A stretch of 64,000 bases of DNA, from contig OY970364.1 in the NCBI GenBank assembly GCA_963718565.1, forward strand, positions 1 through 64,000, read 5' to 3'. Of the stretch, positions 54,227 through 64,000 are shown piece after piece. This DNA comes from an uncultured Verrucomicrobiae bacterium (GTDB lineage: Bacteria; Chlamydiota; Chlamydiia; Chlamydiales; Rhabdochlamydiaceae). Below the pieces are notes generated by a model, which saw nothing but the letters and a program-made list of their open reading frames with translations, was not told the DNA's origin and did not search any database. Positions within the stretch are counted from its first letter, which is position 1, and the number at the start of each line of letters is the position of its first letter. The position numbers were made by a program, and so were the translations under genes.

Positions 54227-55246
54227 TCAGTTTAAAAGAATATATCCTGCACCGACGAGAGCTGTTTTGGCAGCGTTAGATGCAATTCCGTTCCAGTCGA
54301 CTCCAGAGAGGTCTGCTTCTGCTTGCTGCATCGTTTTGAGTTCTTGGATTTCTTGAGTAATCGATTCGGTTGTTAATACTTCATAGGTACGAGTCGTTGA
54401 AGCTGGGATGGAAAGCTGTTGTTCTATGTCATACAATTCCGCTTCAATTTGTTTTCGGTAAGTGTCTAATCCTTGATAAGCGACTAGAGTGTCTTCACCG
54501 GTCAAGCCGCGCGCAATCGCTGTCTGGTATTTTCTCCAGGCTTGATCGAGTTGTCCATTCCAATCTCCAAAATAATCCCCGCAAAGTTCTTGGTACTTTT
54601 GCTTGAGAAGTTCTTTTCTCAGCTTTAAGTCCTCTTCAAAATTGAGGGCAGCTTTTTCCGTGCTGAGGATCTGATTGAGTTGGTTTTGACGCGCGTCTCG
54701 TTTTGCCACAATTGCCTTAAATCCGTCGATTTTCGTTTTGGCGAATGCTTTCTTATCATTGGGGTCAACGTCAATGCCTAATTGGTCGAAAAGGGCATCG
54801 GGGTCAAGGTTCAATTGGTCGAAAATGGCATCGAATTGATCTGCCCTTTTCACGTTAAATCCAATGGCGGCATATACGGCTTCTACAAGTTTATCCCATG
54901 CCTTTTTCAGTGTGGAATTAGGGTCTTGGTAGTAAGAACCATTCATGCGGGTGAGGGCCTCCACGCATTTTTGCTTTTCTTCTTGAATGGCATGGATTGT
55001 ATTCGAGACTTTACCTTTAAAAACTTGGCCAGTTTTATCTGTCAGAGATTGTTCTAAAGATTGAATCTCTTGAGTAAGACTTGCGGCTTTTTTGGAATGC
55101 TCGTTTTGGGGTAGCCAAGTGGCTAATCTTTCCGCGTTAAGTCCAGTGGCGGCATATACAAACTTGCCCCATGCCTTTTTCGGGGTGGAATTAGGGTCTT
55201 GAGTGGTTGTTGTTGAACTTAGAAATTTTGGAAAGTAAAGTGTCAT
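54227..55246 (-). CDS. Hypothetical coiled-coil protein with internal repeats (candidate T3SS effector)
   Basis: Ser/Thr-rich N-terminus; QDPNSTxKKAWxK...VYAAxG twice; adjacent to the T3SS operon. Confidence 0.6.
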   Translation of the reverse strand: MTLYFPKFLSSTTTTQDPNSTPKKAWGKFVYAATGLNAERLATWLPQNEHSKKAASLTQEIQSLEQSLTDKTGQVFKGKVSNTIHAIQEEKQKCVEALTRMNGSYYQDPNSTLKKAWDKLVEAVYAAIGFNVKRADQFDAIFDQLNLDPDALFDQLGIDVDPNDKKAFAKTKIDGFKAIVAKRDARQNQLNQILSTEKAALNFEEDLKLRKELLKQKYQELCGDYFGDWNGQLDQAWRKYQTAIARGLTGEDTLVAYQGLDTYRKQIEAELYDIEQQLSIPASTTRTYEVLTTESITQEIQELKTMQQAEADLSGVDWNGIASNAAKTALVGAGYILLN

Positions 55247-55337
55247 AATATTTCCTAATTAAATTAAGGATTAATTCTCTGTGCTAATTATAGCGTAAAT
55301 AATTATAAATGTCTAGTTAATAAACTTTATTTATTTT

Positions 55338-56957
55338 TTAAACTTTAACGGAAGGGGGTGTAGGAGAAGAGAGGATTTTTTCTATTTTTGAAAAAAGTCC
55401 TTGATGGGAAACGATCTGTTCCACAGACGGCCTAAATCGATAGCTCCAGTTTTTTGGAGAGACAGTCCCTGGAACATTGATCCGCTCATCTTCAGGATTC
55501 GGCCAGACGAGTTCGGGGAAAAATGCAAGGTATTCTTGCAGCAGGTTCGTATGGAAAAGACTTGTCGTGTGATGGCTTTCCCAAAGGATCTCTTCCCGCT
55601 GCTTTTCTGTTAACTCGGGGGCGTAGGGCCATTGTTTAAAGTTGGCGTAAGCTTTTGCTTCGTCTTTAAAATTTTTCCACCATAGCGTTAAAGTTTCCGA
55701 GTCATGGGTAGAGACACTCGTCATGCTGATGGGAGGGTAATGTTGCATGGGAATATAGCGATTGTCTTCCTCATATTTTCTTTCCCAGCGCATGATTTTT
55801 GTGCTGCAGATTCCCATTTCTTTAAGGACTGGACGCACAACATTCGGCACGGTGCCTAAGTCTTCGGCAATGGGAAGCATACCCGAGGAAGAGCAGATCA
55901 TCGTGAGCAATTCCCTTCCTTGAGGTTCCCATTCCTTTTCATCTTCTGGGATATAATACCCTTCTTTGCTGGGATGGGTAGGAGGAATCGCCCAAATCCG
56001 AAAAAACCCGATGACATGGTCGATGCGAAAAATATCGAAAAAAACTTCAGCGTAGCGAAGGCGTGTTTTCCACCAGGAGAAATGGTTTTTTATCATGGCG
56101 TCCCAATTAAAGATGGGTAGGCCCCAGTTTTGGCCATTAGGATTATAATAATCTGGCGGAGCCCCTGCAGACAGGTGGTGGTCGAAATATTGAGGAAATT
56201 GCCAAGAGTCAGCGCTTTCGCTGCTGAGCATGATTGGGATGTCACCCATTAAATAAACCCCTTTGAGATTTGCATATTCTCGAATTTTTTTGAGCTGATT
56301 AAAGCACAAAAACTGCATGAGATTATAGAAGGAGATGGAAGTATCGTACTGTTCATAGAGGGATTGGAGCTTTTTTGGAGAGGGGAAACGCAAGTCTTCG
56401 GGCCAAGTCCTCCAGGAAGTATTGCTGAGATGGTCTTTGAGGGCGCGGAACAAAGAGTAGGGTCGGACCCACTCATTTTCAGCGATGAATTGTTTGGCCT
56501 CTTCACTTTTTAAAAGCTCAGTGCCCACTTCATCGAAATAGCCTCTGAGCCAGCCTAATTTATGTGCGACGACCTCCGCGTAATTAATCCGGGACGTTTC
56601 ATTGAAGGTGCTGAAGTCTTTGAGTTTTTTCTTTAACTGGGGGAGTCTTTCGATGTAGGGCAATGTTTGCAGCGAAAGATAGAGAAAATTGATCGCACAA
56701 GAAGAAATCGCATTATAAGGACTAGGATCGGATTCGGAATTCGAATTATTAAGAGGAAGAAGTTGGATAAAATCGATTTTCAAGCGATGGCACCAGTCAA
56801 TGATGGGGATAAGATCGAAAAGCTCTCCAATCCCACAACTATTTTCGCTATGAAGGGCAGAGAGCGGCAGATAAATGCCGTGATGATTTTTTACGCCAAT
56901 TTTTTTCCAAGCCTTGCCTGTGAGCGAATGAAGGAGAGAGTCTGTTAATTCATCCAT
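55338..56957 (-). CDS. malQ: 4-alpha-glucanotransferase (GH77)
   Basis: QLLPLN, SPYNAISS, GDIPI, GAPPDYY...GQNWGLP, RIDHVIGF, AEDLG, STHDSETL, RINVPG. Confidence 0.95.
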   Translation of the reverse strand: MDELTDSLLHSLTGKAWKKIGVKNHHGIYLPLSALHSENSCGIGELFDLIPIIDWCHRLKIDFIQLLPLNNSNSESDPSPYNAISSCAINFLYLSLQTLPYIERLPQLKKKLKDFSTFNETSRINYAEVVAHKLGWLRGYFDEVGTELLKSEEAKQFIAENEWVRPYSLFRALKDHLSNTSWRTWPEDLRFPSPKKLQSLYEQYDTSISFYNLMQFLCFNQLKKIREYANLKGVYLMGDIPIMLSSESADSWQFPQYFDHHLSAGAPPDYYNPNGQNWGLPIFNWDAMIKNHFSWWKTRLRYAEVFFDIFRIDHVIGFFRIWAIPPTHPSKEGYYIPEDEKEWEPQGRELLTMICSSSGMLPIAEDLGTVPNVVRPVLKEMGICSTKIMRWERKYEEDNRYIPMQHYPPISMTSVSTHDSETLTLWWKNFKDEAKAYANFKQWPYAPELTEKQREEILWESHHTTSLFHTNLLQEYLAFFPELVWPNPEDERINVPGTVSPKNWSYRFRPSVEQIVSHQGLFSKIEKILSSPTPPSVKV

Positions 56958-56961
56958 GTGG

Positions 56962-57417
56962 CTATTCCTTCATCCCAAATATTCCACTGACTGGTTTAGA
57001 AGCTGTCGAAACAAGGTGAGAAGTATGTCCCGTTTCTATGCCGATGCGCCACTGATTGGCCTTGTCGACAAAAGCTGCCAAAAATTCAGCGAGCTTTTTG
57101 CCAGTTAACCCTGCTAGGCGAAAATAGGAAAAAAGCACTAATTTGTTATTGCGGTCTGAATAAGCAAGTGTCCCGCTTACAGGAAATGGGCCATTGGCTT
57201 TCAGGGCATCTTTGAGAATATTTTCACGGTATTTTCCTGGAGGAATATCGCAGATGAAAGTCGCGACAAGGAGATTTTCTTGATGAGCGTCGCATTCGAT
57301 CTGGAGGTGAAATATCTCGTTGATTTTGAGTGTGCAGGCTCCTTTTCTATCGGGATGTAAAGTTGTTCCCAATTCAGGGCCGAGTTCATGTAATAATTCT
57401 TCAAACCGGTCGATCAT
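56962..57417 (-). CDS. CesT/SycE-family type III secretion chaperone (Scc1 position)
   Basis: 151 aa, PPGKYRENILKDALKANG; lies between copN and malQ as in chlamydial T3SS loci. Confidence 0.8.
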   Translation of the reverse strand: MIDRFEELLHELGPELGTTLHPDRKGACTLKINEIFHLQIECDAHQENLLVATFICDIPPGKYRENILKDALKANGPFPVSGTLAYSDRNNKLVLFSYFRLAGLTGKKLAEFLAAFVDKANQWRIGIETGHTSHLVSTASKPVSGIFGMKE

Positions 57418-58613
57418 TTTTTGTCTTTTGCCTCGTCCTTTTCTTCTTCATCTTCTTCTTTTCCCTCTTCATCGAGGCGTTCATCTAATTCTTCGATGAC
57501 GTCGATGAAGGCATTGAGAAGGTCTTGTCGGTGTTGATCGGATTTAAAAAGTCTAGGAGCTATTTGGCGCATCGCATCACGCATTTGCGTAAAGATGATG
57601 ATTTGTGCGAGGATCTCTTCGGAAAGGCCGAGTTGGACTCCAAGCTGTAAAATTTTGTCAGCGGAAGGATAACGCTCTTGAACAGCTTTCATAAACTGCT
57701 TAGCGAGCATTTCGAAGGTGAGGCGCATCGGAAGTTGCATTCCTTGACGGTCAAACGCAGAAGCGATGAGATTCATTCGGGATTTAAAGAAGCGAAAAAT
57801 ACCAAGAATGCCTTGAAGTTTGCGCGATTCTGAAAAGAGTCGATGAAGTTCTCCGCGATCGATGGAGGGTCCTTTGGACTTAAGATCGGTTCCCATGGAA
57901 TGCAATAAGAAATCGATCACGGTTTTCATTTTATCGAAATTGAATGTAGAGGTCAGCTCATTGAATAGCGTGCCGGCATCGCGGGGATTTCCAGTGACTT
58001 CGCGATAAAGATTGCGAAGCCCGGTCGGTGTCCCTAATCCTTGCTTTGAGAACTCGCGGGCTGCTTCAGCGATATTCTTTCCGGCTTTAACTTCCCGACC
58101 ATGGAGAGCATTCAGCTCTTCTTTGGCGGCGCGGACCTCTTCTGCCAAAGAGCCTTCGGTTGTCATCAATAAGAAATCTAAAGCTTCGTCGGCTAAAGAG
58201 TAATCGGGGTACATTTCAAGGACTTTTCGCAGGATCTCCTCTCTGCTGTCGCGCTGGGTAATGCGCGCGCGCAACAAGAGAAGAGAGCGTGTCTGCAGTT
58301 CCGGATTTTTTCGACTGAATTGTTCGCCGACCTCTTCTAGACGTTTAACTTGAAGAACTTCTTCTTTGCGCTCTACTTTCTCAGCTTCTTCTTCGCGCCC
58401 TATTCGTTTGCGCTTATTTTCAAGAGTTTCAAAGCGGCGTGACATCATTGTTAGGCTGAAGGCCCCTTCATCGATCCAGGATTGAAATCCTATTTCGGTT
58501 TCTTCTTGAGCGGCCACCATCCCGCGTGCCGTCTGCTGAGCAGCTGCTTGCTGTGCTCTTGTCGTATCGAGTTGCACGGGTTGAATGCGAGATGGGGTAA
58601 GGTCGTCTGACAT
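57414..58613 (-). CDS. copN: T3SS gatekeeper SctW/CopN
   Basis: YPDYSLADEALDFL, LRNLYRE, FLLHSMGTDLKSKGPSI, RQIAPRLF; directly after sctV. Confidence 0.85.
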   Translation of the reverse strand: MSDDLTPSRIQPVQLDTTRAQQAAAQQTARGMVAAQEETEIGFQSWIDEGAFSLTMMSRRFETLENKRKRIGREEEAEKVERKEEVLQVKRLEEVGEQFSRKNPELQTRSLLLLRARITQRDSREEILRKVLEMYPDYSLADEALDFLLMTTEGSLAEEVRAAKEELNALHGREVKAGKNIAEAAREFSKQGLGTPTGLRNLYREVTGNPRDAGTLFNELTSTFNFDKMKTVIDFLLHSMGTDLKSKGPSIDRGELHRLFSESRKLQGILGIFRFFKSRMNLIASAFDRQGMQLPMRLTFEMLAKQFMKAVQERYPSADKILQLGVQLGLSEEILAQIIIFTQMRDAMRQIAPRLFKSDQHRQDLLNAFIDVIEELDERLDEEGKEEDEEEKDEAKDKK

Positions 58614-58624
58614 TTTTTATCCGT

Positions 58625-60758
58625 TCAAGAGAGTTGGATTCTTCCAAGAGGCTGAATTCTGATTTCTGGGACAATCTCTTGATAAGAAACCACAGCCATA
58701 TCAGGAAATTCTCCTTCGATCAATTTTCGCACAAACCTTCTGACGTCGATTGCGGTGAGCATCACGGGAGGCTGCCCTCCGACAGGAGTAGGGACGATCG
58801 TCGTGCGCATCGCATGTAGAATCAACTGCACGGAGTCAGGGTCTAAAGCCAAATAAGAACCGGCAGAGGTTTGCTTGATCGCTCCACGGACCATATCTTC
58901 GATTTCAGGATCGAGCAAGTAGACGGAAAGAATCGATTGTCCTTGAGAGTATTTGTAGCTGATGTAACGTTTTAAAGAAGAACGCACATATTCGGTCAAA
59001 AGCACTGTGTCTTTTTCTGTTTGGGCCCATTCGGACAAGGCCTCTAAAATCGTCCGCAGGTCTTTGATCGAGATTTGTTCTTGAACTAAGCCGCTTAAAG
59101 ATCTCGGTCAATTTTTGCAGCGGAACAAGGCGCGTGACTTCTTTGATCAGATCGGGGAACGATTTTTCGACGAATTCTAAAATACCTCTGACTTCTTGAA
59201 TCCCGATGAAATCGGCGGCGTGTTGACGATAGAAATAGGAAAGATGAAGGATCATCACGTCAAGCGGCTTCCAAAATTTGATGCCAGCTTTTTGCAAAAT
59301 TTCCTGATATTTACTATCGACCCAGACAGAAGGTTGGCCGATGTTGTTTTTGGTCGTTGTGAAGGGAATATTATAACGACGCAGATTATCGGGAGTCTCC
59401 GTTGTCAGCAAAGCATTTTCGATGATCTTTCCGCGGACGATCGGGACCTCGTTTAAATAGATCGAATACTCGTCTGCTTCCAAAGTAGGAGAATCGGTCC
59501 GAACGTGCACACCGGGAAAGCGCACCCCCAGGTCTTGATAAAGAGCATGTCGCATTTTGGGGATCATGTCCTCGATAAAAGTTGTCCCCTGTTTTTCTTT
59601 GCGGATGACCCCAGAGAGGAGTTTGCCAACTTCGAGGATCACAGGCAGGGTCAGGGCATAGTCGTCGACTCCGCCGCGGATGACAGTATGGCCTTCGATA
59701 TCGGTCTCGACTTTGGCTGCGGAAATTCCTGCCTGGGCTTTGGCAGCTGCCTTTTTGGAGTTGTACCAAACGGTGAAGCCGACGCCGAATAAAAGCAAAG
59801 CGATAACGATAAAAATAATCGTAGGAAAGCCTTGAATAAAAGACATCATGAACATTACGCCAGACGCAAGCATGATCGCTTTAGGTTGATTGAGCAGCTG
59901 TCCAGAGATTTCTTTACCGAGATGAGAATCTTTCTTTTCGGAAGAAACGCGTGTGGTGACAATACCCGCTGTCAGCGAGATCAAAAGTGAAGGAATTTGT
60001 GCCACGAGACCGCCGCCGATGGAGAGCAGGGTATAGGTTCTCGCTGCCTGAAGCGCGGTCATCCCATGCATGGCCACCCCGATGATCAAACCCCCGACGA
60101 TGTTGATGACAGCGATCACGATCCCTGCGATGACGTCTCCTTTGACGAATTTCATCGCACCGTCCATCGCTCCGTATAGCTGGCTTTCTTTCGTCAACGC
60201 CAAACGCAGATCGCGCGCTTGAGCGGCATCGATAATCCCGCTGCGCATGTCGGCGTCGATACTCATTTGCTTACCGGGCATCGCATCCAAAGTGAAGCGA
60301 GCGGCGACCTCTGCGACGCGCTCAGCACCTTTGGTCACAACGATGAACTGCACGATAGTGATGATCAAGAAGATAATACCGCCGACGACAAAATTGCCGC
60401 CGACGACAAAATTTCCAAAAGCAAAGATGATATGTCCCGCATTGGCATGGAGTAGGATCTGTCGTGTTGCAGAGATTTCGATTCCTAGCCGGAAAAGTGT
60501 TGTGATTAAAAGCAGGGAGGGGAACATCGAGAGCTGTACAGCCTTAGGGATGTAGAGAGCCACCATCAGGAGGGCGATCGAAATGGTCATGTTAAGGGCG
60601 ATCAAATTATCGATGATGCCAGGAGAAACGGGGATGATGATCATCATGATGAGCACGATGATGAACAGTGCCAAAACGATGTCGCTGGATGAGTGAATGA
60701 TGTTAAGCGCTTTACTCCCCCCGAGGGTTCGAGCAAGGCGGTCTAAAAAATTTTTCAT
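58625..60758 (-). CDS. sctV: T3SS export apparatus SctV/CdsV, interrupted by an apparent +1 frameshift near 59087
   Basis: VTKGAERVAEVAARFTLDAMPGKQMSIDAD, YGAMDGAMKFVKGD; deleting one base restores KRLVQEQISIKDLRTILEALSEWAQ. Confidence 0.9.
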
Positions 60759-61828
60759 TTAAAAAGCTCCAATCCCGTTGTCTCTAATGTTTCGATGCCT
60801 TCCAACCAGCGCAAAATCTCTGCTACAGCCTTATAGGTCTCTTCAGGAATATAATCGCTAATTTTCCCTTTTTCAAAAAGGGTTTGTGCCAAAACCACAT
60901 TGCGCATGATCGGAATCCCATTTTCCTGGGCGATCCTCGTAATCAGGTCGGCAATTGTTCCTTTCCCCATGGTGACAATTTTTGGCACTGGTTCTGTCTC
61001 GGCATTGTATTCGACAGCTACAGCGATGTGAATAGGGTTGGTAATGACTGCTTTGGCGCGCTTGACCGACATCGGTCCTTCCTGATACGCGATCTCTTGC
61101 GCTGTCTGCCGACGTTTGCTCTTGATCTGAGGATCTCCTTCTGTATCTTTATATTCCTGTTTGACCTCGAATTTTTCCATCTTCATTTCTTTAGCAAAGT
61201 TTCTTTTTTGGAAAACAAGGTCAAAAACAGCGATGACTAAAAAGAAAATGCCCACACGGATGATGACCTTGATCAAAAAGTCGGAAAAGACGAGGGCGCT
61301 CCCTACTACAGGCAGTGCTGCTGTGGAGATAATTTCTGGAATGCTGTACCAGACAACCGAATAAATCAGTATCAGCGCGCCTGTGATTTTGAAAATAGAT
61401 TTTAAAAGTTCAAACAATGTTTTAAATTTAAAGAGATTTTTTATATTTGTCACAGGATTGAGGCGTTTGATGTCCGGTTTCATCGCTTCAACAGAAAACA
61501 TGGGGCCAACGATAAGAAAGTTAGTCAAGACCCCGATACATACCGTCAGCGCTAAGATCGGCATGCTCGTATTGAAAATCACTTGAATTGCCTGGGAAAA
61601 AATGCCGGGGGCGCGATTTTGTAAATCGATGTTTGTGCTCGAAAGCTTGAACATAGAAATAGTATAGGAGGCCAGGACTTCAAAAAGATACCCCGCGCTG
61701 ATGATCGTAGTAGCGATCGAAACAATAAAAGTAAAAGCAGAAGGAAAATCTTGAGATTTGGCAACCTGTCCTTTTTTGCGCGCGTCGCGCAGCTTTTTCG
61801 GGGTCGCCTTTTCTGTTTTTTCGGCCAT
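60755..61828 (-). CDS. sctU: T3SS switch protein SctU/CdsU
   Basis: EKTEKATPKKLRDARKKGQVAKS, EYKDTEGDPQIKSKRR, VITNPIHIAVA. Confidence 0.93.
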   Translation of the reverse strand: MAEKTEKATPKKLRDARKKGQVAKSQDFPSAFTFIVSIATTIISAGYLFEVLASYTISMFKLSSTNIDLQNRAPGIFSQAIQVIFNTSMPILALTVCIGVLTNFLIVGPMFSVEAMKPDIKRLNPVTNIKNLFKFKTLFELLKSIFKITGALILIYSVVWYSIPEIISTAALPVVGSALVFSDFLIKVIIRVGIFFLVIAVFDLVFQKRNFAKEMKMEKFEVKQEYKDTEGDPQIKSKRRQTAQEIAYQEGPMSVKRAKAVITNPIHIAVAVEYNAETEPVPKIVTMGKGTIADLITRIAQENGIPIMRNVVLAQTLFEKGKISDYIPEETYKAVAEILRWLEGIETLETTGLELFK

Positions 61829-61898
61829 GAATAAATCCTAACACAGGGATCCAATTCCCCAAGGTCACATTGAAATCTATAGAAGAAGATCACTTAGG

Positions 61899-63032
61899 TC
61901 AAGAAGAACTATCGAGCTCTAGCTTGATGGAGATGAGTTTAAAAAGATCTTGGGCGGTTAAAATTCCGACGAGCCGTCTTCCTTTAACTACGAGCAGAAT
62001 CGGCATTTCTGTTTGATTGAGGAGGTCGAGTGCTTCCAAGGCACTTGTTTCTGGGGAGACTGTTTTAAATTCAGAGCTGGGTACCATCACTTCTTTGACT
62101 AGAGTTTTTTTCCGATTTTCGGGAGGAGTTAACTTGACTTCTCTTAAGCTGACATATCCGAGCAGGGTTTCATGTTCCGTGACCGGATAGAGATGATGAT
62201 AGGAATGGTAAACACAATGATCAACGAATTCTTGAATAGAAATGTCTGGAGAGACGCAGATGGGGTTTTTAGTCATAAATTTTTGAACTTTTTCGCCGTG
62301 GAGCTCCTGGGCGATATAATGCTGGGAGCGCGACATCGCGGCCGCTCTTTGCAGAAACAGACCTAGGATGACAAACCAGACCCCAGCGATGAAATTTCCG
62401 GTAATCAGGGAGAAGATGCCCAGAAAAATTAAAATCATCCCAAACCCCGATCCTATTCGCGATGCAACTCTCGTTGCCCATCCGGAATCTTTTTTGATCC
62501 ACCAGAGAATGGAACGGAAGATACGACCTCCATCTAATGGAAATGCGGGAATCAAATTGAAAATGGCGAGCACGATATTGATCAGAGCTAAATAAGCTGT
62601 GACGGCAATCATGGGAACGGGCCAAAAAGAGTGTTGGCCTAAAACCGTTAAAAGATACAACCCTCCTGCGAGGACGACGCTGACAATAGGACCAGCGATT
62701 GCCATCAGAAATTCAACTTTTGGCGTTTGGGGTTCCTTTTTGATTTCGGCAACCCCTCCGAAAACAAATAGAGTAATTTGTGAAATAGGTAATTTATAGT
62801 ATTTGGCAACCATCGCATGGCCCAGTTCGTGCAGGACAATGCATACGAACAGTCCGAGCATTCCAGAGATCCCCATTATCCAATATGTTCCTAAAGAAAA
62901 GTTGGGATAATAGTAGGGGAAGTAGCCAGCGGCAAGTGACCAGGAGAGCAGGATGGCAATTAAAAACCAGCTGAAATCGATACCGATCTTAATGCCCGCT
63001 ATTGAGAGAAAATTAAATCGCCTGCCGAACAT
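61899..63032 (-). CDS. Site-2 protease (M50) with two CBS domains
   Basis: VLHELGH, AIAGP, FNLIPAFPLDGGR; C-terminal CBS pair. Confidence 0.92.
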   Translation of the reverse strand: MFGRRFNFLSIAGIKIGIDFSWFLIAILLSWSLAAGYFPYYYPNFSLGTYWIMGISGMLGLFVCIVLHELGHAMVAKYYKLPISQITLFVFGGVAEIKKEPQTPKVEFLMAIAGPIVSVVLAGGLYLLTVLGQHSFWPVPMIAVTAYLALINIVLAIFNLIPAFPLDGGRIFRSILWWIKKDSGWATRVASRIGSGFGMILIFLGIFSLITGNFIAGVWFVILGLFLQRAAAMSRSQHYIAQELHGEKVQKFMTKNPICVSPDISIQEFVDHCVYHSYHHLYPVTEHETLLGYVSLREVKLTPPENRKKTLVKEVMVPSSEFKTVSPETSALEALDLLNQTEMPILLVVKGRRLVGILTAQDLFKLISIKLELDSSS

Positions 63033-63053
63033 GGTCCTCGCATGTGAAAAAGC

Positions 63054-63071
63054 TATACTGCGCCCAGTCTA
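63054..63071 (+). repeat. Family C terminal motif
   Basis: TATACTGCGCCCAGTCTA. Confidence 0.65.
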
Positions 63072-63127
63072 TTCTTGATGTAGCAGATCTATCAGAGAGA
63101 GTACAGTTTTTTTTGTCCCATTCAAAG

Positions 63128-63212
63128 GAGGGAATTGCAAAAGGGTGTAAATAAAAGTGTTGAGGCTAGGCATTACTTCAATGCCTAGCCTCAACACTAG
63201 TTTTGCAATTCC
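63128..63212. mobile_element. Family A ends with the GTGTTGAGGCTAGGCATT hairpin interior
   Basis: GAGGGAATTGCAAAAGGGTGTAAATAAAAGTGTTGAGGCTAGGCATT...AATGCCTAGCCTCAACACTAGTTTTGCAATTCC; matches 20572-20665. Confidence 0.8.
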
Positions 63213-63312
63213 ATTAACTTATTCATTATTAGATAGATATGATTTTTATGTACAAAATTACCCCTATATTTTATACGTTTTAAGAACGAAATAACCCTAT
63301 ATTTTCATACAC

Positions 63313-64000
63313 ATGCAACGCTTTTTTAGAAAAATACTTAGTAAATGGAAGAATAGCCCGGTCAGGATTCCCTTAATCGTAAGGGGGGCAAGGCAGGTTG
63401 GGAAAACTTTCATTATAGAAATGTTCGGACGCGAAGAATTTAAGAATTTTGTTTTAATTAACTTTGAGTCCTCCTCTGTCTATAAGCAATGTTTTGAGAC
63501 ATTTGACCCTCCCTCTATCTTGAACCAGCTGGAGATTTTAACCCGCCAGAAAATTACTCCAGGGGAAACATTGCTTTTTCTAGACGAGATTCAACAATGC
63601 CCAAAGGCATTGCAGTCTTTGCGATACTTTAAAGAACAGTTACCAGGCTTGCACCTTATTGCAGCAGGCTCACTTTTAGAATTTATTATTCGAGATGAAG
63701 ATTTTTCATTTCCAGTTGGAAGAGTCCAATTTGCTAAACTTTACCCGTTGTCTTTTGAGGAATTTCTCATTGGCTTGGGAGAATCCCCCTTACAGGAGGC
63801 TCTTGCTTCATTTGGTATAGCAAACCCTCCTCCACCTGCTATTCACGCTCAGCTCCTTAAAAAGGTGAAGGATTATTTTATAGTGGGCGGAATGCCGGCA
63901 AGCGTAATTACTTTTTTAAAAACGCATTCCTATTTAGAAGTAAAATACGCTCAAAAAGCTTTATGGGATACTTATGAAGCTGATTTTGGAAAGTATGCGA
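63313..64000 (+). CDS. AAA_14 / DUF4143-type ATPase, 3'-partial
   Basis: Hand translation MQRFFRKILSKWKNSPVRIPLIVRGARQVGKT...LFLDEIQ...IAAGSLL...LYPLSFEEFL...IVGGMPA. Confidence 0.88.
   Translation, partial: MQRFFRKILSKWKNSPVRIPLIVRGARQVGKTFIIEMFGREEFKNFVLINFESSSVYKQCFETFDPPSILNQLEILTRQKITPGETLLFLDEIQQCPKALQSLRYFKEQLPGLHLIAAGSLLEFIIRDEDFSFPVGRVQFAKLYPLSFEEFLIGLGESPLQEALASFGIANPPPPAIHAQLLKKVKDYFIVGGMPASVITFLKTHSYLEVKYAQKALWDTYEADFGKYA

Noticed and set aside
58625..59038. Separate small T3SS gene
   Set aside because: It is the C-terminal part of SctV after the frameshift.
55338..61828. malQ inside a T3SS operon as a novelty
   Set aside because: The sctU-sctV-copN-scc1-malQ order is established chlamydial synteny.

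Overview
A 64-kb chromosomal window from an environmental member of the phylum Chlamydiota. Evidence for this: fused glyQS, the chlamydial sctU-sctV-copN-scc1-malQ type III secretion locus, MOMP/Legionella-OMP-like porins, a chlamydial-type PLD, and Cys-free L36/S14. A Rhabdochlamydiaceae/Simkaniaceae-like placement is inference only. Most of the window is housekeeping: uvrD, rnpA, rpmH/rpmJ/rpsN, uvrC, mutS, dnaG, glyQS, rlmN, pgsA, glgA, tRNA-Gln, prs-rplY-pth-rpsF-rpsR-rplI, carbonic anhydrase, hldD/hldE, htpX, map, truA, marC, rpmB, sthA. An accessory patch at about 43.3-55.3 kb holds gene relics, two kinase-like paralogues, IS630, a deleted IS607, tandem porins and candidate effectors. 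The most striking signal is a dense set of at least five miniature inverted-repeat (MITE-like) families with readable target-site duplications (TSDs). The dominant family A (GAGGGAATTGCAAAA...TTTTGCAATTCCCTC, 4-bp TSD) has about 13 copies from 20 to about 300 bp and carries interchangeable interiors. These elements have written new peptide into proteins without breaking them: +71 aa in frame in MarC, +8 aa in frame in TruA, and a replaced C-terminus in a thioredoxin-fold protein. This resembles Rickettsia palindromic elements. Other notable items: a signal-peptide-bearing MESH1-like (p)ppGpp-hydrolase homologue, an HldE with a degenerate transferase domain, a reconstructable nested IS630/IS607 insertion, an apparently exact 614-bp tandem duplication, and single-base frameshifts in sctV and a transglutaminase-like/TPR gene that may be sequencing errors. 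All calls are from reading sequence and motifs; no database searches were run.
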